64,000 nucleotides of DNA, taken from positions 172-64,171 of the forward strand of contig JAFVDH010000004.1 in NCBI GenBank assembly GCA_017478515.1, in the 5' to 3' direction. A program made the translations under genes and the position numbers. Below the pieces are notes generated by a model. It made no database searches and was not told the origin of the DNA. It saw only the letters and a program-made list of their open reading frames with translations. Below, piece by piece: positions 39,522 through 49,243 of this stretch (the stretch's first letter is position 1; the number at the start of each line of letters is the position of its first letter). Source of the DNA: a bacterium. GTDB lineage: Bacteria > Cyanobacteriota > Vampirovibrionia > Gastranaerophilales > Gastranaerophilaceae.

Positions 39522-39731
39522 TTACTCAATGCCTTTGTACAACTCGTTTATATCAATACCTAAAACTTTTGCAATCAGATAAAGATTTATTGCATTGGGG
39601 ATTTGCTTGCCCTTTTCAATTAAATATATTGAATTTTGAGTCATACCAATTAACTCAGCCAACTTTTCCTGAGTCAATTCTTTTCGGCTTCTTTCTGCTT
39701 TGATATTTAATCCCAATGCTCTCGTATTCAT
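39522..39731 (-). CDS. XRE-family helix-turn-helix regulator (69 aa)
   Basis: LTQEKLAELIGMTQNSIYLIEKGKQ HTH. Confidence 0.85.
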   Translation of the reverse strand: MNTRALGLNIKAERSRKELTQEKLAELIGMTQNSIYLIEKGKQIPNAINLYLIAKVLGIDINELYKGIE

Positions 39732-39829
39732 AATTTAATTATCACTTATTGACACCCAATATTCAACATTGTAAAATTAGATAAAATCTAACTAAAATTA
39801 GTAAAAAACAAAGAAAGGTTTAATAAATA

Positions 39830-40159
39830 ATGAATACGCATACAAATTTATCAAGCAAAGAATGTTTAGCGGGCGAGCCTGTTGAAGAAACAGTTTCGAA
39901 TTTGTCAGATGAAATTCATTCTGCCGGCTCGCCCGCAGATGAAAATATTATCGATTTATCCGACAACTTAAGTATTCAGCTTTATGATATTAAATGCCTT
40001 GTGATTTGCTTTAAAAATTTATTTAAAGCTGTATTAGAAAGTGGTGAAAATTTAGATTACATTGAGCCGATAATAAACATTATTGAGGATAAAATTAAAC
40101 AACTGGACATTGATTACGATAAAATCGAAAACTATATTTATAACTCGCAATTAATTTAA
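39830..40159 (+). CDS. Hypothetical acidic 109-aa protein; the 5' third carries a GC-rich inverted repeat
   Basis: ORF divergent from the XRE gene. Coding status of the first ~40 codons is uncertain. Confidence 0.4.
   Translation: MNTHTNLSSKECLAGEPVEETVSNLSDEIHSAGSPADENIIDLSDNLSIQLYDIKCLVICFKNLFKAVLESGENLDYIEPIINIIEDKIKQLDIDYDKIENYIYNSQLI
39869..39936. repeat. Perfect 11-bp GC-rich inverted repeat (gcgggcgagcc / ggctcgcccgc) enclosing two small hairpins
   Basis: Arms at 39869-39879 and 39926-39936. Inner stems are ctgtt/aacag and gaattt/aaattc. Confidence 0.8.
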
Positions 40160-40171
40160 ATTTTACTAAAG

Positions 40172-40474
40172 CTAAAATAAGTTTATTTCAACTAAATCCT
40201 TAACAATCAATTTATAAAAATCTTTATCAATTGAAAAGTAGTCCGTAAAATTGGTAATATACGGCAATTTTGACTCGTCAAATCGCTCTTTTAATTCAAC
40301 AAACACCGCTAAAGGCATTTTTCTTTCACCTTTTATCAATATATCCAAATCAGATGTTTGTTCAAAGTTTCCCTTAACTCTTGAACCGTAATAATAAAAA
40401 GAATATTTATCTGAAAAATCTTTCAAGATAGCTTTTATTATTTGTTCTTCTTCTTTTGTTACACCTTTTATCAT
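40172..40474 (-). CDS. MNT-type nucleotidyltransferase (type VII TA antitoxin-like)
   Basis: YYYGSRVKGNFEQTSDLDILI = GSx10-11(D/E)xD motif. Confidence 0.85.
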   Translation of the reverse strand: MIKGVTKEEEQIIKAILKDFSDKYSFYYYGSRVKGNFEQTSDLDILIKGERKMPLAVFVELKERFDESKLPYITNFTDYFSIDKDFYKLIVKDLVEINLF

Positions 40475-40890
40475 TATGAATTCAAAGCCTTTGATAAATT
40501 ATTATAAAATTCTTCTGCATCGACAAGAAATTTTTCGGCAATACTCAGTATTTCACTTGCTTTCTCTTGGTTATATTCATGGCTTGTATTGTTTCTGTTA
40601 TTGTAATAATTTTTCCAGGAGTCCCATGATGTTATAAGGCCGTAACCCTCCATATATCGGAATATATTGTTCATTGTCAACTCTTTATCAGTTTTTCCAT
40701 ATTGCAGTTTAAGGTATCTTTTCATAACTTTCCAAGATGTCTCAACTGTATATTCAAATCGCTTAATACATGAATCGGAAATGTATTCTTTTATCTTTTC
40801 ATCATAATTTTTTTTATAATCTGAAAGACATTCTTTTAATGACTCTATACATTTGTTTAAGTTTGAAAGATTTAAATCGTCTTTATTCAT
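40474..40890 (-). CDS. HEPN-domain protein, HI0074 family (toxin-like partner of MNT)
   Basis: KRFEYTVETSWKVMKRYL and RNNTSHEY (R-x4-H). One-nt overlap with the MNT gene. Confidence 0.85.
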   Translation of the reverse strand: MNKDDLNLSNLNKCIESLKECLSDYKKNYDEKIKEYISDSCIKRFEYTVETSWKVMKRYLKLQYGKTDKELTMNNIFRYMEGYGLITSWDSWKNYYNNRNNTSHEYNQEKASEILSIAEKFLVDAEEFYNNLSKALNS

Positions 40891-40963
40891 AAAATCCTCA
40901 AGATAGTATATTTTTAAGATAATACGCCATTTTATATCCGATTTATATTAAAACTATAATCGA

Positions 40964-43576
40964 TTATTTTTTTAGCTCGGTTTCGATTTTGGATAATACT
41001 TCATCAACAGCCTCAAGATTTTTCACCGCACCTTGAGCGAATTGCGGACGACCTCCGCCTTTTCCGTCTGTTGCTGCTGCTATTTCTTTTACGATATTTC
41101 CTGCATTTATACCTTTTTGAACAAAATTATCAGATACTTTTACAAATATCGATGTGCCTGCAACTACTGCAATAATTGAATTACCAAGCTTGTTTGCAAG
41201 CATTTCAACACCCTCTTTTAATGCATTTGACTCAAGCTGCTCCATTTTTTGCACAAATAGCTTTCCATCAGTGATATCAACCGCTTTTGGTGCAAATTCT
41301 TTAAATTTATCTTTTGCCTGTGCCGATTTTACTGTAGAAAGTTCTTTTTGAAGTTCTTTATTTTCTTCCATTATTTTGTCAACACGGGTTTCAACTTCGT
41401 TAAATTGAGCCTTAAATTTTGATGCTAATTTGTCGATGGCGTCTGCTTTTTGGGTCAAATATTTTAATGCTGCCTTTGCAACTACAACTTCTATTCTTCT
41501 TGTACCTGCTGCGATTGCAGATTCCGAAATTATTTTTGCAAGTCTCAATTGCCCTGTATGAGAGGCATGGCATCCTGCACAGAATTCTCTTGATATTACG
41601 TCATCATTTTTTTCGCAATTGTTAGCACCTATTGATACAACTCTGACTTCATCTTCGTATTTTTCGCCGAATAAAGCCATTGCTCCTGTTGCACGGGCTT
41701 CGTCAATATTCATAACTTTTGTATTTACGTCCAAATCTTCAGAAATCCATTCGTTAATTAAATCTTCGGTTTTTTGAATTTCTTTGTCCGTCATTGCTCT
41801 GTCGAACGTAAAGTCAAATCTCATTCTGTCTTCTTCAACCTGAGAACCGGCCTGATGAACATCACCCGATAAAACATGTTGTAATGCTGATTGCAATAAG
41901 TGAGCAGATGTGTGATGAACTTTTATTTGACCTCTTCTTTCTTTGTCAACTGACGCATGAACTGTTGAACCAATTTCAATTTCGCCGTTTACAAGTTCAC
42001 ATCTGTGTACAAAAAGTTTATTAACTTTAAAAGTCGTGAGCACATTTAATTTTACACTATCGCTTTCAATAACGCCGGAATCTCCTACTTGTCCGCCGCA
42101 TTCTGCGTAGAACGGTGTTTTTTCAAGAACTACATCGACATAATTTTCTCCGTCTAACGTTTCAAGGATTTTTGTATCACATTCTAAATCAGTGTATCCG
42201 ATAAAATCTGTTGCTCCGACTTTTTCTTCAACTTTCGCATACTTTATATCTCCTGTTACGGAAATCTTTTGAGTTGCAGCTTTTGCTCTGTCTTTTTGTT
42301 CTTTCATTGCTTTTTTAAAGCCTTGTTCATCAACATTTAAGCCGTTTTCTTCTGCAATTTCCTTTGTTAATTCAAACGGAAATCCGTAAGTATCATATAA
42401 TTTGAACGCATTTTCTCCGTCAATATCTTTTTTATTGTCGATAAATTCATTTAATAACTTGTAACCTCTATCAAGAGTTTTGTTAAATCGTTCTTCTTCC
42501 TTTAGAATTGTATCCATGATTTTTTGTCTGTTCTTTCTCAAATCAGGATAAGCATCTCCGTAATTTTCAAGGACAACATCTACCAGTTTGTGTAAGAATG
42601 GTAATTCCATGCCCAAAATTTTTCCGTGTCTCAAAGCACGTCTTAAAATCATTCTTAAGACATAACTTCTGCCCTCGTTACCCGGAATAACGCCATCATT
42701 GATTAGGAATGTTACACAGCGGGCGTGGTCTGTTATTATTCTTAAAGAAATATCTGTTTTTTCTGATTTTTTATAAGGAACTCCGCTCATTTCAACGACT
42801 TTGTCTAAAATCGGACGAAGTAAATCTGTTTCAAACGTAGATGTTACGCCTTGACAAACCATTGTTATACGCTCTAAACCCATACCTGTATCAACATTTT
42901 TTGACTCTAAAGGCGATTGATTGCCCTCTTCATCTTGATATAATTCAGTAAATACAAGGTTCCAAATTTCAACCCATCTGTCGCATTCGCAAGTATCAAT
43001 ACCGCAATCATCAGAACATTTGAATTGTTCGCCTAAATCGTAATGGATTTCAGAGCATGGCCCGCAAGAACCCGAAGCCCCCGGAGGTCCCCAGAAATTA
43101 TCTTTTTTCCCTTTACGTTTAATTCGTTCGGCTGGAACACCTGCTTCTCTCCAAATTTCGTATGCTTCATCATCTGTTTCAAAAATAGTAATCCAAAGTC
43201 TGTCTTTATCTAATTTTAAAACATTGGTAACAAAATCCCAAGCCCATGGAATAATTTCTTTTTTGTAGTAATCACCAAAAGAGAAATTTCCAAGCATTTC
43301 AAAGAAAGTATGATGACGAGGAGTACGTCCTACGTTTTCTATGTCCGAATCCTTTCCGCCTGCACGGGCACATTTTTGGCATGATGTAGCACGAGCAGGG
43401 TCATACGGTGATTTAACAATTCCTAAAAATATAGGCAAAAATTGCAGCATTCCTGCTGTTGTTAAAAGTACTGTCGGATTATCCGGAACAAGGGATGAGC
43501 TTTCTACAACTGTGTGTTGGTGCTTATCTTTAAAAAAGTCTAAATATAATTGTCTGATTTCATTACCTTTTAGCAT
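40964..43576 (-). CDS. alaS: Alanine--tRNA ligase
   Basis: 870 aa. FTNAGM-like TTAGML, HHTFFEMLGNFSFGDYFK-like block, editing-domain HTSAHLL, C-terminal DHHA1. Confidence 0.97.
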   Translation of the reverse strand: MLKGNEIRQLYLDFFKDKHQHTVVESSSLVPDNPTVLLTTAGMLQFLPIFLGIVKSPYDPARATSCQKCARAGGKDSDIENVGRTPRHHTFFEMLGNFSFGDYYKKEIIPWAWDFVTNVLKLDKDRLWITIFETDDEAYEIWREAGVPAERIKRKGKKDNFWGPPGASGSCGPCSEIHYDLGEQFKCSDDCGIDTCECDRWVEIWNLVFTELYQDEEGNQSPLESKNVDTGMGLERITMVCQGVTSTFETDLLRPILDKVVEMSGVPYKKSEKTDISLRIITDHARCVTFLINDGVIPGNEGRSYVLRMILRRALRHGKILGMELPFLHKLVDVVLENYGDAYPDLRKNRQKIMDTILKEEERFNKTLDRGYKLLNEFIDNKKDIDGENAFKLYDTYGFPFELTKEIAEENGLNVDEQGFKKAMKEQKDRAKAATQKISVTGDIKYAKVEEKVGATDFIGYTDLECDTKILETLDGENYVDVVLEKTPFYAECGGQVGDSGVIESDSVKLNVLTTFKVNKLFVHRCELVNGEIEIGSTVHASVDKERRGQIKVHHTSAHLLQSALQHVLSGDVHQAGSQVEEDRMRFDFTFDRAMTDKEIQKTEDLINEWISEDLDVNTKVMNIDEARATGAMALFGEKYEDEVRVVSIGANNCEKNDDVISREFCAGCHASHTGQLRLAKIISESAIAAGTRRIEVVVAKAALKYLTQKADAIDKLASKFKAQFNEVETRVDKIMEENKELQKELSTVKSAQAKDKFKEFAPKAVDITDGKLFVQKMEQLESNALKEGVEMLANKLGNSIIAVVAGTSIFVKVSDNFVQKGINAGNIVKEIAAATDGKGGGRPQFAQGAVKNLEAVDEVLSKIETELKK

Positions 43577-43714
43577 ACTAAATTCCTCATAAAATATTAT
43601 ATAAAAATTATAACTTAAAAATTTTAGTGTTGCATGGAAAAATTTTGTGTGTTAATATAATTATACGAGTGGAGGTATAAATCTTCGTTCTCGTTTATAG
43701 TTAATATTTTATAG

Positions 43715-43788
<74 letters not shown>

Positions 43789-43836
43789 AATTTAAATGGA
43801 CTGGATTAACCAGTCCATTTAAATTTTTATTTTTTT
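43789..43836 (+). terminator. Rho-independent terminator (17-bp perfect stem) after tRNA-Arg
   Basis: aaatttaaatggactgg-attaa-ccagtccatttaaattt followed by a T-run. Confidence 0.8.
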
Positions 43837-44049
43837 GTAATCAATAAGAACACCTATTAGTGTTCTATCGGCAGGTGATATTTTTGGATGTACTTTGTTA
43901 ATTTGAACATGACTTGAGAAGTGTGTGTAAAATTTTCACACACACTTCAAATATTATGTGTTTCAAGCATTCTTCTTATCGAAGACAGTTATTATTCGAC
44001 TAATTATCTTAATAAATTACGGCATAATGTTTATGCCATAATGTTGTTT

Positions 44050-44568
44050 TTATTCTTTTTCTTCCAGTTTTTGTGTTGTTTTATCAATGGTTTTATTGGC
44101 GGAATTTTCTACTTTTTGAGCTGCATTTTTTATTGTTTCGGCAGTTTTTTTCTTTGTTTTTAAGTAGTTTTTTTGAACTTTTCTGCCTGTTTCTTTTGCT
44201 TTCTCTCTCGATTGGATTGCGGCGTCTTTTGTGTTTTCGTAGGCATTAACAGTTGAATCTTTTACTTTAATACTTGTGTCTTTAGTCTTTTGGTAAGCAT
44301 TTGAAGCTGCATCTATTGTGTCTTCGTAGATATTTACAGTTGCATCTTTTACTTTTGCACCTGTTTCTTTTGTCTTATTGACAGCCTTAGTTGTGCTGCT
44401 TTTTATGTTTTTTCCTGTCTCTTTTGTTTTGGTCGTGATATTTTCTATTGTTTGTTCTGTTTTTGTTTTATATTCGTATTCATCATTGTAATAGAGTTCT
44501 TGTCCTGCAATTGATTTTAAGTTTCCTAAAAATAGGCATGCAATAATTATAAATACTTGTTTTTTCAT
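44050..44568 (-). CDS. Secreted Lys/Thr-rich tandem-repeat protein (LEA/YtxH-like composition)
   Basis: Signal peptide MKKQVFIIIACLFLGNLKSIAG, then repeats of the type TKETGxKVKDATVNxYE. Confidence 0.6.
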   Translation of the reverse strand: MKKQVFIIIACLFLGNLKSIAGQELYYNDEYEYKTKTEQTIENITTKTKETGKNIKSSTTKAVNKTKETGAKVKDATVNIYEDTIDAASNAYQKTKDTSIKVKDSTVNAYENTKDAAIQSREKAKETGRKVQKNYLKTKKKTAETIKNAAQKVENSANKTIDKTTQKLEEKE

Positions 44569-44584
44569 TTTTAACCTTTTAATA

Positions 44585-45346
44585 TTATTCTCTGCTGTTA
44601 ATCAAATCTTTAATAACTTCCCCTGCTATGATAAGTCCCATGACTGACGGGCAGAATGCGTTGCTTCCGGGAATTTGGTGTTTTACAGTGCATTTTCTTA
44701 CTGTTCCGGGCGGGCAAATACAATTTTTTTTACAGCTTACTTCGCAGTTATCATCCGGCTTTATCGGAGGTTCTTTTGAATAAACTACTTTTACTCCGCT
44801 TATTTTTCGCTTTTTTAATTCTTGTCTAATTACTCTTGCAAGCGGGCATACGGAAGTTTTTGAGATATCAGAAACTTCAAATTTTGATGCATCCATTTTG
44901 TTTCCTGCTCCCATGGCACATATTATCGGGATATTATTTTTTTTCGTTTCTTCTATTAATGATATTTTCCCTACTACGGTGTCTATTGCATCTATTACGT
45001 AGTCGTATTTTGTAAAATCAAATTCATTTTTTGTATCAGGCGTATAGAATGTTTTATACTTATTAATTTTTACATTCGGATTAATATCTTTTATACGTTC
45101 TTCTGCTATATCAACTTTGAATTTCCCTACTGTTGAACGGGTTGCATAAAGCTGTCTGTTTAAATTTGTAAGACAAATTTTATCATCGTCTATCAAATCT
45201 ATTGCTCCGATACCGCTTCTTACAAGTGCTTCCACTACGTATCCGCCTACTCCTCCGATACCGAAAACTGCTACTGTTGATTTTTGTAATTTCTCTAGAG
45301 CTTCTTTTCCTATTAGTAATTCTGTTCTTGAAAATTGATTTAGCAT
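44585..45346 (-). CDS. tcdA: tRNA threonylcarbamoyladenosine dehydratase (ThiF/HesA family, TcdA-like)
   Basis: FGIGGVGGYVVEAL Rossmann motif, DFDxxxxxNLNRQ-like DDDKICLTNLNRQ, Cys-rich C-terminus. Confidence 0.8.
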   Translation of the reverse strand: MLNQFSRTELLIGKEALEKLQKSTVAVFGIGGVGGYVVEALVRSGIGAIDLIDDDKICLTNLNRQLYATRSTVGKFKVDIAEERIKDINPNVKINKYKTFYTPDTKNEFDFTKYDYVIDAIDTVVGKISLIEETKKNNIPIICAMGAGNKMDASKFEVSDISKTSVCPLARVIRQELKKRKISGVKVVYSKEPPIKPDDNCEVSCKKNCICPPGTVRKCTVKHQIPGSNAFCPSVMGLIIAGEVIKDLINSRE

Positions 45347-45464
45347 ATTGTAATTTTATAATAAAAATACTTATTTATAAAAAGGTTTTATAATTCTTAT
45401 TCCTTAGTATTGCAAAAATTTTATATATTAATTATTATTTAAAACAAATTAAAAGGAGTGAAGT

Positions 45465-45914
45465 ATGTTTGATATTGAATTGCAGGGTTTGGATAAAGAC
45501 GGAAATGAAAAAACATATAAGTTGGCTGATTTTAAAGGCGAAAGAGTTCTTTTATATTTTTATCCGAAAGATAACACATCAGGCTGTACTCAAGAGGCAT
45601 GCGATTTTAGAGATAATATCAACAGGCTTACAAATTATACGGTAGTTATCGGTGTCAGCCCTGACAGCATAAAAAGCCATAAGTCGTTTAAAGAAAAGCA
45701 AAATCTGAATTTTATACTTCTTTCTGACCCTGAACATAAATTGGCTGAAAAATTAAATGTTTGGGTTGAAAAATCTATGTATGGCAGAAAATATATGGGT
45801 ATTGATCGTTCTACTTTTGTTTTGGATAAGGATTTGAGTATTGAAAAAGAGTGGCGAAAAGTTAAAGTAAAAGGGCATGTTGATGAAGTTATTGATTATA
45901 TTTTAAATAACTAG
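45465..45914 (+). CDS. bcp: Peroxiredoxin, Bcp type
   Basis: FYPKDNTSGCTQEAC (peroxidatic Cys plus a resolving Cys 5 residues later). Confidence 0.9.
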   Translation: MFDIELQGLDKDGNEKTYKLADFKGERVLLYFYPKDNTSGCTQEACDFRDNINRLTNYTVVIGVSPDSIKSHKSFKEKQNLNFILLSDPEHKLAEKLNVWVEKSMYGRKYMGIDRSTFVLDKDLSIEKEWRKVKVKGHVDEVIDYILNN

Positions 45915-45929
45915 AATTTTAAAAATATT

Positions 45930-45975
45930 AAAAAGCAGGGCGGTTACTCATTTATGAGTAACCGCCCTGCTTTTT
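45930..45975. terminator. Bidirectional terminator: 22-bp perfect palindrome between convergent bcp and recombinase genes
   Basis: aaaaagcagggcggttactcat tt atgagtaaccgccctgcttttt, with A/T runs on both sides. Confidence 0.8.
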
Positions 45976-45977
45976 AC

Positions 45978-46784
45978 TTACCAATTAACGATGCTATCTA
46001 TTATTTTTCGTTGTTCTGTACTTGTTTTTCTTAAATATATTCTTGTCGTTTCTATGCTTTCATGTCCCATTAAATCTGCCAGAAACGCTATGTCGTTACA
46101 TCTGTCTAAAAAACTTTTTGCAAATCTATGTCTGAATGAATGAGGATACACTACTGCGGGGTCAATTCCATACTTTCTAGCTAATTTCTTTAATAATCCG
46201 GCTATTCCTCGTGTTGTTATTTGCTTTCCATATTTATTCAAAAATATAAAACCGCTTACTTGTTCTGTATTTACAAACCAATCCAGGGCTTCATCCTGAA
46301 GCTTTTTCGGTATATATATCCTTCGCAGCTTCCCGCCTTTGGAGTACAAATCTAAGTGACCGATTTTTATGTGTTCAACTTTTATTTGAACTAATTCGCT
46401 TACTCTCGCTCCTGTTGCGGCTAAAAACCTTATAACAAAATAACAAAACATTTCTTTATCTTTTTTTAAGCATGTTTTGAAATATGTATAATCTGCTTCG
46501 CTTATTACATTTTCCAAAAATGTCTTTTGCTGTATTCTTACAAACGGTAGTTTTAAGTCTGACCTTCCGATACTCTCTAAATAAACATTCATCGCCCTCA
46601 GCCGTAAGTTTACTGTTTTGGGTTTAAAATTCTCAATGAGCCAAATCTTGTAGGACCGAAGATTTTTTTTGTTTACCTCATGAAATTGTACCTGGTACTG
46701 TTTTAGGGAAAAAACGTAGGACCGAATGGTGTTTGAGGCTAAGTTGGCCTCTTTCTGTTTCTTTTCAAATTCTTTGATGTTCAT
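45978..46784 (-). CDS. Tyrosine site-specific recombinase (phage-integrase family), short 268-aa form
   Basis: ATGARVSEL (Arg), HSFRHRFA (HxxR), GHESIETTRIY (His/Tyr). Confidence 0.85.
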   Translation of the reverse strand: MNIKEFEKKQKEANLASNTIRSYVFSLKQYQVQFHEVNKKNLRSYKIWLIENFKPKTVNLRLRAMNVYLESIGRSDLKLPFVRIQQKTFLENVISEADYTYFKTCLKKDKEMFCYFVIRFLAATGARVSELVQIKVEHIKIGHLDLYSKGGKLRRIYIPKKLQDEALDWFVNTEQVSGFIFLNKYGKQITTRGIAGLLKKLARKYGIDPAVVYPHSFRHRFAKSFLDRCNDIAFLADLMGHESIETTRIYLRKTSTEQRKIIDSIVNW

Positions 46785-46927
46785 GGCATCTGCCTCCTTT
46801 CGCTAATATAATAAACAATTTTTTTGCAGCGAAATTCAATGTTTTTTCTGTATTACATATTTCTCTCAAAGTATTTTGAAAAGTTTGTTTTAGTCCTATA
46901 TTTATGCTTAAAAATTTTAATAAAAAA

Positions 46928-49243
46928 TTACAAATTCATTGAGATTGTTAGTATATTTTTTCCGTCCTTGTAGTCGTAATCAACTTTATCCATGGATTGT
47001 TTTACCATATATATTCCAAGTCCTCCGATTTGGCGGTCTTCTGTTGATAATGTTATATCAGGGTCTTCCTGATTTAGCGGATTGAATTGTTTACCTTTGT
47101 CATAAAATGCTATACTGATGTCTTTTTCCGTCTGGGTAATAGAAACTTCTATCGCTTTTGTCTCATCTTGTTCATAGCCGTATTTTACTATGTTTGTAAA
47201 AATTTCTTCTGTGCAAATAAGCATTCTTGTAAGTTTTGTCCCCTCAAAGCCTAATTTATTACAAATGTTTTCAACTCTGCTTGTTAATTCGGGCAATGCT
47301 GATATTACAGACGGCAGTTCAAAGTTGTAATATCCTTTGTATTCCAGTGTTAGCATCGTTATGTCATCAGGCAATCCGTGTTCTGCTGATTTTGAATATT
47401 CTTTTATTTCATTGTTTACGTCATCTAAAAGTTCGTTAATGTTTGATGCATTATATTTATCTAAGCACATTTTGATACCTTCTTCTCCAAATAAATTTCC
47501 GAATTCGTCAATTACGTCTGTAAGTCCGTCCGTGTATAAGAATAATTTATCGTTTGGCATAAGTGTCATTTCTTCCGATTTGAATTTTGTGTCAGGCATT
47601 CCTCCTAAAACAAAATTTTGATTACAGGTTATTTTTTCATAATTTCCGTTTTTTCTTTTTATAAATGGCGGATTATGACCTGCACTCAGGTATTTTAATG
47701 TTCCTGTAGAAAGTTCAAGTGTACAGAAAAATGCCGTTACAAAAAGACCTTGTTCATTATTCTGGCAAAGTTCCTTATTAACCTGTTCAAACAGTTGTTC
47801 TAAGGTTATTTCTGTTTTTGCGATATTCTTTATTACGGCTTTTGCTTTCATCATAAATAGTGCCGCAGGAATACCTTTCCCTGATACGTCTGCTATCAAA
47901 AATGCAAGCGTATCGTCGTTTAAAAAGAAGAAATCGTAAAAATCTCCGCCTACTTCTCTGGCTGTTTCCATTGTTGCGTATATATCAAATTCTTTATGCT
48001 GCGGAAACGCAGGAAATCTGTTCGGCATTGCTGTTTTTTGAATTTCTTTTGCGATTTTTAGTTCAAATTCTGCTTGTTTTTTTTCTTTTATGTAACCGTC
48101 TAAAGTTTCGATGTATTGTTTAATTTCTTCGGATGTGTTGTTTAATGTATTTGCAAGTAGTGCAAATTCTTCGGGCTTTTCTATGTTTACTACCGAATCA
48201 AGGTTTCCTCGTCCGATTTCTTCTGCTGTTTTTACCAGCATTTTTATCGGTTTGTTTATATTTTTTGTTAAAAATAAGTAAATAAGTATGCATACACCTA
48301 TATAAAATGTTATTAATGCAAATATTAAAAATGCTACTTCAAATCCTAAAAATTTGAACATTTCTTTTTTAGGTACGAAAATTGTTACTTCCATACCGTT
48401 TTCTTCGCTTAGGATAAATGTTATATACTTTTTGTTGTTATAGGTTATTTCTTCCCCTGATTGCAAATCTGTTCTAAACATTGGGATGTTATTCAAAGAT
48501 TTGCCCGTAAGTTTTTTATTTTCGCTGTAATAGAAAATAAAATCGTTTTTTTCGTTTGAAAAAATTACTATGCTATGTTTTGGTAATTTAAAATTCTTAA
48601 GTTTTTGAATAAAGTTGGCTACTTTCCAGTCTACATGAACAATTCCAACCAATGAAGAATCATTATCATAAATTCCTCTTCCACAGGCGAGCATTAAGTC
48701 TTGTGAAAAATTCACAGGTTCGTTTTTTGCTACCACGCATGACATTGTTCCGGCTTCAGCGTTCAATATCTTATCTCTTAATTCTCTATACCATATTCGT
48801 TCAAGATAATTATATTTCAGCTCTTTTAGGTCTTCAATATCATAGATTCTGTTTATGTCAAAATATGCCGCAAGTTCTTTTGTGTTCGGGTAAACTTCGT
48901 ATGGCTCATACCATATTCCGCCTGTGTTAACTTCGTCGGTGTTAATGATTGATTTACTGTTTTTAAAAACATCTTCTACGAGGTTGTTTAATTTAGAAAT
49001 AGGGCCGTTATAGATATAATAAAGCTTTCCCCGTTCTGATAATTCCGTTGCAACAAGTTTTAGGCAGATTAATGCCCGGTGCATGTCTGTATCTATGTCT
49101 TCCAGTCTGAATTTTAGTTCTTCTATCTGATTTTTTTTGCCTGTTTCGTACGCAATATTAATTAATCCTATTGTTACTGTTGAGAGTACAACCAGAAAGA
49201 TTAATGTGATACAAATGATTTTGGATTTTATTGTTCTAAGCAT
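46928..49243 (-). CDS. Sensor partner-switching enzyme: TM-Cache-like-TM-HAMP-PP2C (SpoIIE/RsbU) phosphatase fused to a C-terminal RsbW/SpoIIAB-type HATPase kinase domain
   Basis: HAMP (KPIKMLVKTAEEIGRGNLD). PP2C motifs GGDFYDFF, ADVSGKG, TDGLTD, DDITML. C-terminus EEIFTNIVKYGY...IGGLGIYMVK. Confidence 0.85.
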   Translation of the reverse strand: MLRTIKSKIICITLIFLVVLSTVTIGLINIAYETGKKNQIEELKFRLEDIDTDMHRALICLKLVATELSERGKLYYIYNGPISKLNNLVEDVFKNSKSIINTDEVNTGGIWYEPYEVYPNTKELAAYFDINRIYDIEDLKELKYNYLERIWYRELRDKILNAEAGTMSCVVAKNEPVNFSQDLMLACGRGIYDNDSSLVGIVHVDWKVANFIQKLKNFKLPKHSIVIFSNEKNDFIFYYSENKKLTGKSLNNIPMFRTDLQSGEEITYNNKKYITFILSEENGMEVTIFVPKKEMFKFLGFEVAFLIFALITFYIGVCILIYLFLTKNINKPIKMLVKTAEEIGRGNLDSVVNIEKPEEFALLANTLNNTSEEIKQYIETLDGYIKEKKQAEFELKIAKEIQKTAMPNRFPAFPQHKEFDIYATMETAREVGGDFYDFFFLNDDTLAFLIADVSGKGIPAALFMMKAKAVIKNIAKTEITLEQLFEQVNKELCQNNEQGLFVTAFFCTLELSTGTLKYLSAGHNPPFIKRKNGNYEKITCNQNFVLGGMPDTKFKSEEMTLMPNDKLFLYTDGLTDVIDEFGNLFGEEGIKMCLDKYNASNINELLDDVNNEIKEYSKSAEHGLPDDITMLTLEYKGYYNFELPSVISALPELTSRVENICNKLGFEGTKLTRMLICTEEIFTNIVKYGYEQDETKAIEVSITQTEKDISIAFYDKGKQFNPLNQEDPDITLSTEDRQIGGLGIYMVKQSMDKVDYDYKDGKNILTISMNL

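Noticed and set aside
39869-39936. Retron msr/msd interpretation of the GC-rich inverted repeat.
   Set aside because: There is no reverse transcriptase gene anywhere in the window. The flanking genes are XRE, an orphan ORF and HEPN/MNT.
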